Source: Microthyrium microscopicum
Taxonomy: Eukaryota
NCBI GenBank assembly: GCA_010405405.1
Contig: MU004234.1
Span: 602,993-666,992 of the forward strand
Length of the DNA stretch: 64,000 bases
Reading direction: 5' to 3'
Shown: positions 25,985 to 38,691 of the stretch, piece after piece
How the letters are laid out: every line of letters starts with the position of its first letter
Numbering within the stretch: the stretch's first letter is position 1
The notes under the pieces: model-generated
Database searches by the model: none
Told to the model about the DNA's origin: nothing
What the model saw: the letters and a program-made list of their open reading frames with translations, nothing else
Made by a program: the position numbers and the translations under genes

Positions 25985-27695
25985 TCATCGCCCAACAGCT
26001 CCATACCAGCACAATCCAAGCACGGCACCCATACCAATAGCAGCCCAAGGTGGAATATCAAACCACGCGCTCTCCGCATACGTCAAGGCCGCCACAACCA
26101 ACCAGAACGTCTCTTTGCCCAGACTGAATGAGGCTGGATTATCCTTTGTCAAATAGCCAATCTCCCACAACCAATACACCGCAGTAAACACTAATCCAAC
26201 TGCAGCGGCATTCACTCCTCTCAACACACTCGTCACCGCCTTGTGTCCTCTCAACTTGCGCCATATGCTCTGGACACCCACCGCTAGCGTAATACCAGGT
26301 ACAAAGATAGAATATATGCAAGGATTGCTCCTAAGACAGTAGGTAGGTTTGTTCCACGTAACGAGAGAGCGCCCAGAAAGACGGCGAAGTTGAAGTTTGG
26401 GCCTGGAAAGGCTTGGAGCGGGCGTCTACCCAGCCCGGCTGGACGACGTATTCGCGCAGCAGCGGGATCACTACAGGACCACCGCCGAAGATGATTGTAC
26501 CCGCTAGGTACATGTTGGCGAAGAGGCCTAACGGTTGAAGAGCTGGATGGACGATACTGCGGGCTACCATGATGGCAATGAACGTCACTGAAATGGGTTT
26601 AGCGGAGGTTGAGGAATCGACAGTAGAGTTGCTGGGTACTCACAGAAGAAGACGACAATGATGATGATGCCGAGTTGAAGGGGGATGTTGTGGCGATTTG
26701 ACGTCGATCCGCAAGCTTTCTGCTCTTGTGCTGCGTGCGTGATAACAGTAGAGGGACAATTAAACACCTCCGAAGTGTCGTCACGAACACTCTCCCGGGG
26801 TTTCTTCACATTCTCAGCAGCAGATGATCCAGCAGTGGCTTGCTCAGAAGCCACAGGAGATTGGATATTTTCCAAAGCTGTGTTCTCTTCCACCAAAGCT
26901 TGAGAATCCAACCTTCGTTACTTCAGCTTAGCAGCCGCCTTCAAAAAAATTGAAAGCATCCAGCCGTCCCAAGTAACTCCACTCGTACCGCCAATAACCA
27001 TGAGCACAGGAAAGTACCAGAGAGCCGTGTAGCAAAGTCCCGCACAAGCACCAAAGATAATCAAACCTCGCGACAGTCGGTCTTTGATGGTCCTCTCCGC
27101 TAATTGAACAGCAGCGAGAGCGATGATGCCTACTGTGGCAGCATTTAAACCTGATAGCAGTGGGTATATCGGGTCAGGCAAGGTGTGTTTGATTCGTCCC
27201 ACTCCGTATCGCTAAAGCAAACATTCCAATGGCTCCTGGAAGACTCCATGTTAAGAATACGAACAGAGCCGGGAGAAAGCCGGCGTGAATGAAAACAACG
27301 CAGAAAAGCATCTTGGTGCTCCCTGGACCCGGGAGGCCCTGACATATTGCGAATAGTTCTTGATACTGTTTGCAACCTTAGCCTTGGCTCTGGGATGTTT
27401 TTCCAGATCCAAATTCCGATTTCTTCATAGTTGGCGTTATAACGATTGATTTCCTTACATTACTTACTGTTTGTTCATCAATCCACGGCGTCTTGCCACC
27501 TTTGCCTCCTACAAAGCGCTCATAAATGATCTTGAAGTGCACTGGCGGTCCTCCGAAAGCCGTGAACCCAAGATCCCAGGTTCTGAGAAAGACATCAATA
27601 AGCCGATTTGCCAACTTCGACCGGTTGGGTTGTAGCGCATTTCGCTGGTCCCGGGCTGCATCTTTGACCAGTCGATAGAGATCGAAGAAGGGCAT
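25985..27695 (-). pseudogene. Chromate ion transporter (CHR family) pseudogene
   Basis: CHR motifs LGFTAFGGPPVHF, YQELFAICQGLPGPGSTKM, GTIIFGGGPVVIPLLREYV, QAFPGPNFNFAVFLG, LRGVNAAAVGLVF. Lesions: +1 frameshift ~27209, in-frame TAA 26918-26920, frameshifting deletion at 26417/26418, -1 frameshift ~26311. Confidence 0.88.
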
Positions 27696-29532
27696 GTAGA
27701 GTGATAGATGAACGAGTCTGGTAAGGGATGCTGTTTGTAACGTCTATGTGATGTGCCTCAAGAGGCTAGAGAAGACAACAATTATACTTTGAGGATTGAA
27801 TTGATGACACAATTGTTTGGTGTGGCGCAAAGCATTTCAGTGCCCATCTACGATCAGATAATCGGATTGTATGGCATTATCCAATTGAAAGAATGGATTG
27901 CTGCATGCGAGCATGCCCGTGGTATTTCTCCGAGCATGGGACCGTATGCTTAACCAATTCATCGTCTACCATCTCTTTGACCTTACCATAGTCAGTAACA
28001 GGTAGCAAGACAGCATTGAGCATCTTTGGCGTAGAAGTGAAAGATGTCGACGATTTGTATTGAGCTGAGGGTGCAAGGTTGTAAAATGGACGAAGATCTG
28101 CTTACAGGGACTTACTGGTAATGGGTGTCCTAAAATGTGCGTACTATCGTAGCGAACTGCAAGCGAAGGCTGCGCAGCAGCCATTCAACCACTATTCGTA
28201 CCGTAGAGCGAAGTCGAGTATCCTCGGTGAGTGGTCAAAAAGCTTCACCATAGAGGTGTTCAGACTCTCAAGCTAAAATCCACTGAGCACTGCAGTCCAT
28301 CTGGATACGCGATCAATGCAGTATGCAGGATAACAACTTTGCTTTTGAACCGAGTTCGCACTATAGACTCGCATAGTATGATAGTACAACTACGTGTACA
28401 TGCAGGATCAAATACGAGCTTGTGAGCTCAGCTATTTCGTAGCCAGCCTTCGAGATTTCAATATTTCCTTGCCTTGCTTTGAAGTCCGGCATATGGTGAC
28501 ACTGTTAAGGGAGAAAGGGGGGAGGCATTGACTACTGTAATTTGAGATATCTTTTCTCATGACCCATTATATCGCGCTTAATGTAACGCGGTAAGTTCCA
28601 GATCCACTGTGATAGGCCAAGAGTACAGCATTTTACACTAATATTGAGGCGTTCACTATTGAAATGTTCTCACCATCTGAAAGTTAATGAGATTTGAATG
28701 TAAAATTGGCTAGACGGTCACCGTCATACAATAAACTAGAATCGTCGAGACTGGAGACAGCAACCTCCTATTTCTGAGTACATCTTATTGCGATGTCGCG
28801 ACATTGTTACGATTGTATACATGGCCGGGAAACAATAGTTGGCGAACATGCATAAAGCAAAATTCAGACTTCATTTACAATTTGCAAATTTTAGCTTATG
28901 CGAATGCGCTCACTAAACGTAGTTCTTCCTTGCTGCCGCATAACACTAGGATACAGTTTCCGCATTACCAGTAACTGTATGTGTGTTCGCAGGTGTGGTA
29001 CCGTGGTGATGGTTCATATGATCCAACTCCAAAGTTGGCCCCATGTCGGAGTTGATCTCGATTACCCCAAAAAACACCACAGCAATAGCCGCCAGAATGA
29101 GGCTGGAAATCGCCCTCTCGTGATGCTTTTAGAACGCCGGCAGCCATTCTCAGCCTTCTGGAGCTGATCAATGCACGGTTTAATCCTGCTTTTTCTCAAG
29201 CCATCCCCGCTCGCTACCGTTGCTGGTTGGCCAAACCTTCAACGAACGCCACTAATGCTCCAAAATAGGAACTAGTTCTTGACCATCCTGCAAACCATGG
29301 ATGAGTGGCTTTTCATGACAGTCTGCATTGACTCTTCTCCACCTGCCCGCTCTTGAAGACTGAGTTGTGGCCCAGCACACAATCATGTCTGTGCTTGCAG
29401 CACCACGGTAGTCTTACTGTCGGGTCTTCCTAAAGACAGATCCTGCTACTCCTCTCTTTCTTACCTACTATCCTCTATTCACATCGTGAACTTTACTACC
29501 TATGAGTTGCGAACCCACTCGTCGCAGCCGAG

Positions 29533-32025
29533 ATGTATCGTCTTAGTTCGTCGAAGAAAGTGGCTGAACAGCCCATCGACGCACAGTTTCAAAACATAAC
29601 CGGAGTTCTCGAGGATATACAACGAAACAAGGCCAAGAGCGAATCAATCACCAAATCCATCGCACATTGTTCTCGAGAACTACAACACCTCGAACGAATA
29701 CACTCAAACCGACATCGCTTTCATGGCCCCGATGGATCCGATGACCCATTTGCCTTGAGAGACATACTTCAACGATTCTACACCTCGTGTAATGCCCTGG
29801 CTTATGTTGGCTCGCCTATCGAGGATTTCGACAACTTTGATGGGTGCATCCAGTTTCCCTCAACCCCAAAGCGGGGTTGGAAGAAGAAACAATTGAAGAC
29901 CATAGAAGCGGATTATTCCGAGCATGAACGGAGCCTGTCGTTGGCCTTATCAAATGCAGTCTAGTAAGTTTATATGTTCTGATATACCCTCCTTTTCATC
30001 GGCTCGTCTCCTCATTCGATCATCGACCCCGACTTTCGGTCACCGGTTCTAATCTCAACTCCACATCACCTATATCAGACGGTGATAAAGAATCTTTCTA
30101 GATAGGAATGACGTGTTTTGGTGTTGAAGGGAGCCTCGATGATTGATCGATGCAAAAAGAATGTGCGAGGAAGGATATATCCGAAAGTGATTCTAACACA
30201 GCGTTATAGTACCACGACCCAGAAGATGCACCGATCGAAAATGTCAACGGATTCGGGATTGACTCTGATTTTACAACAAGCTGAACGGAGACATGCATTC
30301 TACGAAAAGCAAACAACCGATTCGAAAGACGCCAACAAGCAAAGAATCAGCACTTTGAAAATTGAGGCGCTAAAAGTTGAGGAGACGGACTGGGAAAAGA
30401 GTCTTCGACGTTATTTCGAAGCACTAGAGTGCTGGACCTGGGAGTCGGAGAACGAAGTTGAAACGCAAATGCCAGCACCTTCGTCGCGCACGTCGACATT
30501 CACTGAATCCAGGTATCCTCAGCTTGTACAAAGGCAAAGTACCACGTCATTGGTTCGAAGCAACTATGGCGAGTTTAGACGCGGAGAAGAGCTGGATACC
30601 GGAAATGTGGAGTATTTCCGTCAACCAAGAAGACCATCAGTCACCAATCGTGCATCGATGATCATACCATCAGAGAGCAATACCAACAATCGACATAGCC
30701 TCAACAGCAACTTTTCCAGGTCTTCCAATGCTCTGGTACTTTATAGCCCGACAAGCCCCACTGAGGACTCAACTGCCGTAGTTCGGTCCAGACCAATTAG
30801 GAGAGCTTCGATATCTAGAGACTTCCACTGGGAGTATGTTGGTAACAGCTCTTCTCTGCCACTTCTTGCGCCTCTTACTGCTCGCTGGCCGGAACTCAAG
30901 GATGCACAAGTGGATATATACACGCAAACTCAAGGAATGTCCGCAAAAGAAGCAAGGGCATATGCTCAAGGTCGTTTAGCCTGCCTTGATCCTGAAATAA
31001 CCAACGAGGTTCGCCGGGTATTGAGCGGAACTCCCACAAGTCCGACAGCATCACAACCCGCACTTGAAGCCGCTGAGGTTCGTAGAGTTATGCCTCCGCC
31101 AGTTAAAACCGCAACACAGAGCGCGCTTGTAGCCACTGAAGCTCGTAGAGCTAGACCAATGCTCAGAGACACTACATCGGAAAGACGGCGCTCTGTCAGT
31201 CTAGATCCTCCCACAGATAGACGCAAAACTCTTCCAGCTGCAAATCCACGAGCGGCAAAGTCGCAACTACATCTCAACAGCCAAAATGTAGTACCAAAAC
31301 TCGTATCAAAACCAAAGCAAAGTCGTAGCATACGCAACTCCCTACCAAACCTAGAAGTGCAAAGACGTACATTCCTATCCTCATTATCAGACCTACGACC
31401 ACTCACCGCCATATCCGAACGACCTAGCACCAGCAAATCGCGAGCATCAATGAAATCAATGAAATCACGCGCCTCCTCCCTAGAAAAGCCACCAAGCAGA
31501 TCTCTCATGCAAGCCTTCAAAAACAACCGCTCCAATCTCTCGCAAACCACCATCCTCGAAACCGTCCCCGACAAAGGCGAAGGACGCAGTAGTTCTGGCT
31601 CCGATACACTTACCCCCGAAAAAGACCACGACGTTGAGACAAAAAGCACGCTCTCCGCATCCACAAACGCACACTCCTACAAATCACGCTCCACACACCG
31701 CAAACGGGCAAAACCAAATACCGAAAAACCACTCCCTCCAAGCCCCGGCAAAACCTCAAAACTACTTGGTCTCTTCAAGAGCAAAGTAAAAAACGGCGAC
31801 TCTCACCTAAAGGTCCCAGTCCCTCGTTCCGTCCTGACGTCCCATTCAACATCATCCTTCTCCCATTCACGCGACAGTCTTCGCGTATCCATGGAGCTTC
31901 TGCGCAAGAAAGATAGTCGCGCGACACTCCTTTCTATGGGCGAACAACCCGACATGCATTTCGACGTATGGCTCAGAGCACTGCCCTACATAGAAGGACG
32001 ATGCACCACGCCTGGGAATCTCTAA
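29533..32025 (+). CDS. Hypothetical protein: helical N-terminus plus long Ser/Arg/Pro-rich disordered region
   Basis: The two track ORFs join in frame through intron 29964-30209 (gtaagt ... ctaac ... ttatag), giving SNAV-Y-TTTQKMHR. Ends FDVWLRALPYIEGR. No family recognised. Confidence 0.7.
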
Positions 32026-32725
32026 TGTTTTCTACGTTCTCTCCACATCGTATTATTTCGCAGGACGATTCCGTTTCTTCTAGTTTTCTTTTTCTTTTTG
32101 ATACCCAGCGCTACCTAGTAGTAGCGCGATTTGCTCTTCTGTTGGAATTGATGAATAAGATTATGACTTTTCATAGTGTTTTTTAAAATGTATAATAGTT
32201 TATGATGAGCTCAAGAATATGATGGTTGATTCGACAGGATCATGAAAATAACGTAAATTCAAGTATTGTGATCGTATCTATTCTTAGTTGATTGCCTTAT
32301 CGTGGAGTTGCTTGTTCGTGCATGCTGTCAAAGTCTGGCCTCACCGCTTGCATCGAGGCCCTGCGTCGAGCTGAAGAGCTGCATATGCGAGTCTTCTAGA
32401 AATGCGTTGGAGGAAATTTAGTTATATGTAGCTGAAGATCCCCTCAAATTTGAGAATCTCGTATACTTCCTCTCGCTATGTCTCTCGGTCAGACTGAATC
32501 TGGTCGATCTCCCCACGCTCTTAACCGGAATGTTATCACGTAAACTGTTGTTTATCTGTAAGGAGTTCGATGCAAAAGCAGAATAAGAGTTTGGAATATA
32601 CTTAAGTTGTATTTGGATAACTTACAGCGTTCAAGGATATTGTTACGAGTCATTGAGCCTCAAGCTGGGAAGATATATCTACAATCTGGACCTTATCGAG
32701 GAAGAGATCACTACCTACAGCCAAA

Positions 32726-34760
32726 ATGTCAAAATTAAAGAGTATCGATGATCCTGCCGTTCAGCAGGTAATCGCAGCAGAAAACAAAACATTTCACCCG
32801 TCACCCTCAGCTTGGGAAGACCAATTAATGTAAGTCCTAATGAAATTCCTTATCATACGAGTACTACGACTATAACAGAGAACAGAAACTAGATGCTAAC
32901 ACCTCTGTAGATATTTCCTCCTATGTGACCGTTTTTCCAACGGCAAAGAAAACTTGTACATCGACAACAACGGCAACCAAGTAACAAATGGCACAACCGC
33001 ACCATACACCGACGCAGACAATGGCAACGCTCTAGGCGCGAATACAGAAACTTGGCTGGATGCAGGTGCTAAATTCTGCGGTGGCACGATATCTGGCGTG
33101 ATAACAAAGCTAGGATATCTAAAACGTATGGGCATTACAGCAATATGGCTAGGTCCAATCTTCAAACAAGTTGCCGCACTAGAAACATACCACGGCTACG
33201 GCGTACAGAACTTCTTGGAAGTTGATCCAAGATTCGGCACAAAAGATGAATTGAAAGAGCTCGTTGGAACCGCACATGCTATGGGGTTTTACGTGATTCT
33301 CGATATAATCATGTTAGTTCCCAAGCCACTTTCCATCGTCCAAGTACTAACGATGTGAATAGGAATCACTCGGGCGATGTCTTTGAATACATCGCTAACA
33401 GCCCAACTTACAATGCCGGCCAGAAATATCCAGTCAAAGGCTTCTACAACGCTCAACATACCGCGGACGTTCCATTCCCAACACCAGATCCAAACACTCC
33501 GCCAGATATATATCCCGACGGCGCGATATGGCCGCAAGAGCTTCAAGCTGCAGGGGTCTTTACCTGCGAAGGACAAATCAACGCCAACGGCTGGGATGCA
33601 TTGCCCGAATATCTTGACGGCGATTTCTTCGACCTCAAGGACTTCAATCTTGGTCCCAACCAGCCCGATGGCTTTAGTCCAACGCCTGCGCTGCGGACTC
33701 TGACGGCGGCGTATAAATACTGGATAGCGTATTTGGATATTGATGGGTATAGATTAGATACAGTGAAACACATGGGTTTTGGACCAACACGCTACTTCTG
33801 CGGCGCGATCCATGAATTTGCAACGCGCATAGGGAAAGGGAATTTTATGGTGGTGGGTGAAATTACGGGCGGTTTAATGTATGAGACTGTGGAAGCGACG
33901 GGGTTGGATGCGGCGTTGGGGATTCAAAATGTTATGCAGACGTTGTGGCAGGTGCCGCGTGGGGAGGCTGATGCTGATGTAAGTGGAAACATACTCCTTG
34001 GTGAGAAGACACTGATGATGATGGATAGGACTACTTTGATCATTTTCGGAATGCGAGGTACCTACAAAAGGGTAGTCATAGCTGGCTGAGGAACAAGATT
34101 CTTACCATGGTGGATGATCATGATCAAGTTTGGAGGGGGGATTATAAGGCGAGGTTCTCGGCTTGGAGTCCTGGGGCGAGTCTTATGTTTGCGGCGTTGG
34201 CTCTGAATGTGTGTACGTTGGGGATACCGTGCATCTACTATGGATCTGAGCAGCGGTTTGATGGGCAGGGTGGGAGTGGCAGTCCTGGGCATGGGGCTGA
34301 TCAGTTCATTCGTGAAGCCATGTTTGGTGGAGAGTTTGGCGCATTTCGCAGTAAAGATGCTCACTGCTTCAATGAGGAGAGTCCGGTGTACAAAGGCATA
34401 GCGGCATTGTCCAAAATAAGAGCAAAAGAGTTGACGCTGCGCAGGGGAAGACAGTATTTACGAGAAATATCTGGCGATGAAAGTAGTTGGGGATATCCTA
34501 CGAAAGTTGGCGCGAGGATGATGAGCATTGTTGCTTGGTCTCGTATTTTTGACACCGAGGAGATTCTTTGCGCTATCAATACGGACGAGGTCAATGAGAG
34601 AACTGCTTGGGTGACACTTGACAGCGGGATTCAGTCGGTAGGAAAAGTACTGAAGTGCCTGTTCCCATTGGATGGAAATGAGTTGAATGTGGTTAGCCAA
34701 GATGGGAGGATGGTGGTCTCATTGACAGTTCCGCCGGCAGGATTTGCTTTGTTCAAGTAA
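32726..34760 (+). CDS. Intracellular alpha-amylase-family glycoside hydrolase (GH13), 4 exons
   Basis: Introns 32830-32910, 33313-33362, 33979-34028. WEDQLIYFLLCDRFSNG, GGTISG..KLGYLKRMGITAIWLGP, YHGYG, DIIMNHSG; catalytic regions DGYRLDTVKH, GEI, VDDHD; GIPCIYYGSEQ. No signal peptide. Confidence 0.92.
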
Positions 34761-35161
34761 CTGTCAGAATAGTAGACATACAGGAGCGAGTGCTTAGAAT
34801 ATTGGAGATGGAGTATTTTTGGCAATTATTTTGAAGAAGGGATGAAGTTGCGAAGAAGAGACGATAGAAATAAGGTTTAAGTGCCAAGACTTCGTTCGGG
34901 AAGGCACGAGCACGCGAGGGGAGCTCTTTCCCTTTGACGATCTGATCCAGAGCTTCAACATCTTTGATTCTTAACCTTCACCTCCACTCTTCTGCTCTAA
35001 CTCCACCAGCTGTAGCATACAACTTCTTATGTATGCTCCATATGGCAAGCTCTCCCGACTAAAACTCTACTCCCAGTCAGCAGAATGTACGCCGCTCCCG
35101 CTGTTCTGCTGCCTACTTCAAACGTCGAGTCGCACTACCCCAGATAGCTTACCACAACACC

Positions 35162-37179
35162 ATGGCTCCCGCAGCCCACGATGACGATACCCTCAATCGC
35201 GACCTACGACGTGGTCCTTCTTGGATCCTAGCATGTGTATGAGCATTCTGCCTCCCATGCGATATCTACTTACTGACATACTCCAGAATCGACGACTTCG
35301 ACATCTCAATGGCATCACCATCCGAAACCTCGCGACCGGCGATCCGCATTCCTCCCGACGGCCAGGTGTATACGACGATGAAGCACTACCGCAGAGTCTT
35401 AATTCGCCTGCCAAGCTTCTCGCCCAACGCGAACAACGTCAGCTCGAACATTCCCGCTCATCCTCCGATCTTGCCAGTCTACAAGCCATTAGCGAATCTA
35501 CAAAACGAGTTACGGAAGATACAAACAAGGAAAATAAAGTTAAAATCAAGACACCCGTCCGTCCAGGATCTAAGCGACCTAGGCGGCGCAGTACATTGGA
35601 TTGGGCAACTGCGAGTTCGGCTTCACGCCAGCGCAGACTTGAAGATGTGACAATATTACGAATGATGGATATATTCTTCAGTATACATGTCGACGGTCAA
35701 GAAGATCCAGTTTATGTCAGTGAGACGGCCAGCCAAACTATGAACCCAATCTTTCAATTCTTTACGCTAGCGGATGCGCCGCCGGACATTTCACGACAAC
35801 ATAATATAACACTCAAAGTCTGGGTCCGACCGGAAGGTAAACAGGCCTTTGAATTTCTTCTGCAAATTCAGGCAGACTTCAGGTACATGAGATTCGTTGG
35901 AAAAGACTTGGAAAGCTTCCGACATCCATTACCATTGAACTGTGTGATGTTCCATATGACAGATGGTATCTATACCATTCCTTCAGAGAATGTGATTGCG
36001 CCGCCGCAGGCACTTAATGATTCACGCCATATGAGTAGTACTCGCGTACTGCCAACATCTAGTTATGACACCTTAATGCGCCTATCAACTCTAGACGTCT
36101 GTATACAAGATGCCTTGGCAACAAGAGAAAGACTCGAAGCCGAAATCAACGACGTTTTGAAAGAACACTACTCCGACATTCAAGACACCCAAGCTCTCCC
36201 GGCCGCCGAAGACTGCATACATTCCGTCCTCCACGCCGTCGATCTCGAGCGTCGCCGTCTTGCTAACGTCACAAAGCACCGCAATTCCCTCAAAGCCACC
36301 ATTTCAACCCGCGAGGCATTCATGAGCGACTCTCGCGCCAGGCAAGCTCAAGAACTCACCGATATGGAGTCCCAACAAGCCCACATTTCCGCAATGGCCG
36401 AAGCTCTCAAACAAACCGCTCATGACAGCCAAACCCAGCGCGCGCGCATCATATCTGAACTTTCAAGCATCTACCCTATCGTACGTGCGACCAACGCACC
36501 TGTCACCGCCTTCACCATTCGTGGTCTTCCACTTCCCAATTCAATCTTTGATGATGCCGCCGCGCCCACCACCGCCGCCGCGCTTGGACATGTCGCCCAC
36601 TTACTACATCTCCTCGCCTTCTATCTCTCCATTCCGCTGCCATACCCGCTCACTCCGCGCGGCAGTGCCAGTGTCGTCACGGATGTACTTAGTGCATCCA
36701 CGGGTCAGGCTGTTTATCCGCTATACGCGCGGGGTGTGCCCAGATTTCGCTTTGAGTACGGCGTATTTTTGCTGAACAAAGATATTGAGCTTGCGAGCAA
36801 CCGACTGGGCATACGAGTGGGTGATGTGAGACAGACGTTGCCAAACCTGCTATTTCTGCTACACGTCGCCGGCGCAAAGGCGGGCGACGAGTCCAAGGCA
36901 AAGATGGGAGGACTTCGGGCGTTTCTGAGAGACAGTAGACGAGGCAGTCTGGTGGATAGTCTGGACGGCGTTGGTGGTCACATGTCGCCTCCGCAGGCTC
37001 CGATGCGGGGAGGTGGCATTGCGGAAGATGTTGAGAGAACGTCGGATGGAGAGAGGCCGGCGGCAGGAATATCACGAGGAGATCAAGATGCTCTGCAGTT
37101 GCCGGTGCGGACGAAAGAGAATGGCCATGCTAAAAGCCATGTTGCGCTCATGGCGACGAAGCTGCGTAGCGTATCGTGA
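35162..37179 (+). CDS. VPS38: UVRAG/Vps38 (PI3-kinase complex II subunit)
   Basis: ATG 35162, intron 35237-35286. NRRLRHLNGITIRNL, C2-like FFSIHV..PVYVSE..MNP.F, TSSYDTLMRL, coiled coil, FTIRGLPLPNS..AAALGHVAHL..PLPYP..FEYGVFLLNKDIE..DVRQTLPNL. Confidence 0.88.
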
Positions 37180-37257
37180 GCACTTCAATGCATGGTCTTG
37201 CTGATGCGCAGATGGACAGGCAGTACTTTTGGTCGAGAGTACACTGATCATCCAGCA

Positions 37258-37340
37258 TTGGTGTCAGAATCCAATGGAACCTTATATCAATAGTACCCTC
37301 TTTCCTACCACAAAAGAAACTCGGTTGTACCCCAACATTC
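37258..37340 (+). promoter_or_regulatory. Conserved upstream module, copy 1 (before secreted paralog 1)
   Basis: ttggtgtcag..ggaaccttatatcaatagtaccctctttcctaccaca..aaactcggttgtacc aligns with copies at 38112 and 39270. Regulatory role is inferred. Confidence 0.6.
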
Positions 37341-37444
37341 CGTCCGCTAGACAAGAACTTCCCTAAGGCCATTTCAGAAATACACGAATTGTCAAGCTGC
37401 AACGAAATCTACTGCATCATCAATCACCAACATCGAATACCATC

Positions 37445-38086
37445 ATGAAACTCTCCAATCTCATCACCTTCACCATCTTATCCCCCCTCGTTACCAGTCA
37501 TGGCCTTCAGTGTATACACAGCACCGACGACTTCTCAACGAAACTCGCCCGGAATGACCCCAAAGTTACAAAACAGTGCTGCCTCGCCCAGCCAGGTCTA
37601 GTCTTCGCCAGCAGCGAGCAAGGATGCATTCTAGGTCCTTCACGCTTCCGACTACGTTCAAGCCTTGAGCTCGCCGGCAAGGATTTCAAAGCTTGCTGCG
37701 AAGAGCATTTACTGGGCATGGCTATGTGGGATGAGGACGAGGCATTTGAGAGGGAGATACGTGCCGATTCATTCCATATCAAACCTAGTACCCTCTGTCA
37801 ACGTATCCGTCAACGTAGCCATGTCCGTCAACACGAGGACGTCCGTCAACTTAAAGATGCCCGTCAACGTAGGGACGTCCGTCAGCTAGAGGAGCGTTTA
37901 CTGGGCATGGCTATATGGGATAAAGAGGAGAAGGAGATAACTGGCATGTTCAAGGATATAAGTCGCGCAATCCAACGTCACTTTCGACAATTAGAGGACA
38001 TGGGTCGACGACAGGAGCACGGGCTTATTAGTCGAATTTTGGCGACAATGGTGTTGGAGGATTTTCTGATGAGATTAATGGCATAG
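37445..38086 (+). CDS. Secreted cysteine-rich effector-like protein, paralog 1 (C-CC-C-CC core plus repeat-expanded tail)
   Basis: Signal MKLSNLITFTILSPLVTS; core QC..PKVTKQCCLAQPGLVF..GC..DFKACCEEHLLGMAMWD; tail with hexapeptide repeats. Confidence 0.8.
   Translation: MKLSNLITFTILSPLVTSHGLQCIHSTDDFSTKLARNDPKVTKQCCLAQPGLVFASSEQGCILGPSRFRLRSSLELAGKDFKACCEEHLLGMAMWDEDEAFEREIRADSFHIKPSTLCQRIRQRSHVRQHEDVRQLKDARQRRDVRQLEERLLGMAIWDKEEKEITGMFKDISRAIQRHFRQLEDMGRRQEHGLISRILATMVLEDFLMRLMA
37807..37896 (+). repeat. Five 18-nt coding tandem repeats (ccgtca[ag]c-N10)
   Basis: Units start at 37807, 37825, 37843, 37861, 37879 and encode RQRSHV/RQHEDV/RQLKDA/RQRRDV/RQLEER. Confidence 0.85.
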
Positions 38087-38111
38087 CTTGGAACCGTCCA
38101 CCAGACAACTT

Positions 38112-38176
38112 GGAACCGCATATCGATAGTTATCATCGATCCCACCACAGAAAGTTTGGTCCTGCCACGTATAAGA
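38112..38176 (+). promoter_or_regulatory. Conserved upstream module, copy 2, ending in a TATA-like box
   Basis: ggaaccgcatatcgatagttatcatcgatcccaccacagaaagtttggtcctgccacgtataaga. Confidence 0.6.
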
Positions 38177-38307
38177 AGCACCTTGTTTCAAACAATGCCA
38201 CGTCCCCAACTCTTTGCCAACTTCATACACTCACATCACATAATCACATTACTACATCACACCATCATATCACCACCACAAAACGATCGACCCCAACCAC
38301 CACCACC

Positions 38308-38691
38308 ATGATCTTCCCCACAACCATCCTCCTCTCCCTCTCCCTTCTCTCCCCCCTCGCCCAAGCAGCAATGGGCGTCCACTGCGTCGAAACCGCCATC
38401 CCCAACTGGCAACTCAGCCCCCCCTACACACTCTACCCGAACAAAACCCGCGCGTGCTGCGAGCTCTCGCCCGCCCTCCACTATCTTGACGATTACCACG
38501 GATGCACGCGCAAGCCAGGGGTAAGAGGGTTCCGCCCGGCGCTGTTTGCGGACGTGAGGAAATGCTGTTTCGAGCGTGAGGCGGATATTGCGTTTTGGGA
38601 TAATGGGGAGGGAGCTTATCAAGTTTGCGGAGAAGGGCTCAAGGTCTGGGATGCTAAGAGGGGGGGGTTTGTTAAGGCGAGTAAGAAGTAA
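38308..38691 (+). CDS. Secreted cysteine-rich effector-like protein, paralog 2 (127 aa)
   Basis: ATG 38308 after a CA-rich leader. Signal MIFPTTILLSLSLLSPLAQA; HC..PNKTRACCELSPALHY..GC..DVRKCCFEREADIAFWD. Confidence 0.82.
   Translation: MIFPTTILLSLSLLSPLAQAAMGVHCVETAIPNWQLSPPYTLYPNKTRACCELSPALHYLDDYHGCTRKPGVRGFRPALFADVRKCCFEREADIAFWDNGEGAYQVCGEGLKVWDAKRGGFVKASKK

Noticed and set aside
30966..31664. 232-aa antisense ORF, and similar shadows over the GH114, Kre9-like, HOT and UPF1 genes
   Set aside because: Antisense shadows of real genes caused by codon bias and low complexity; no independent motifs.
37807..37896. Regularly spaced repeats (also 62284-62349) as a CRISPR-like array
   Set aside because: Eukaryotic context, units only 18-19 nt, no unique spacers of proper length and no cas genes; these are coding and intronic minisatellites.
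38110..38307. 66-aa N-terminal extension of paralog 2 in the ORF track
   Set aside because: Starts at TTG and runs through the promoter module, TATA box and CA-rich leader; the signal peptide begins at ATG 38308.
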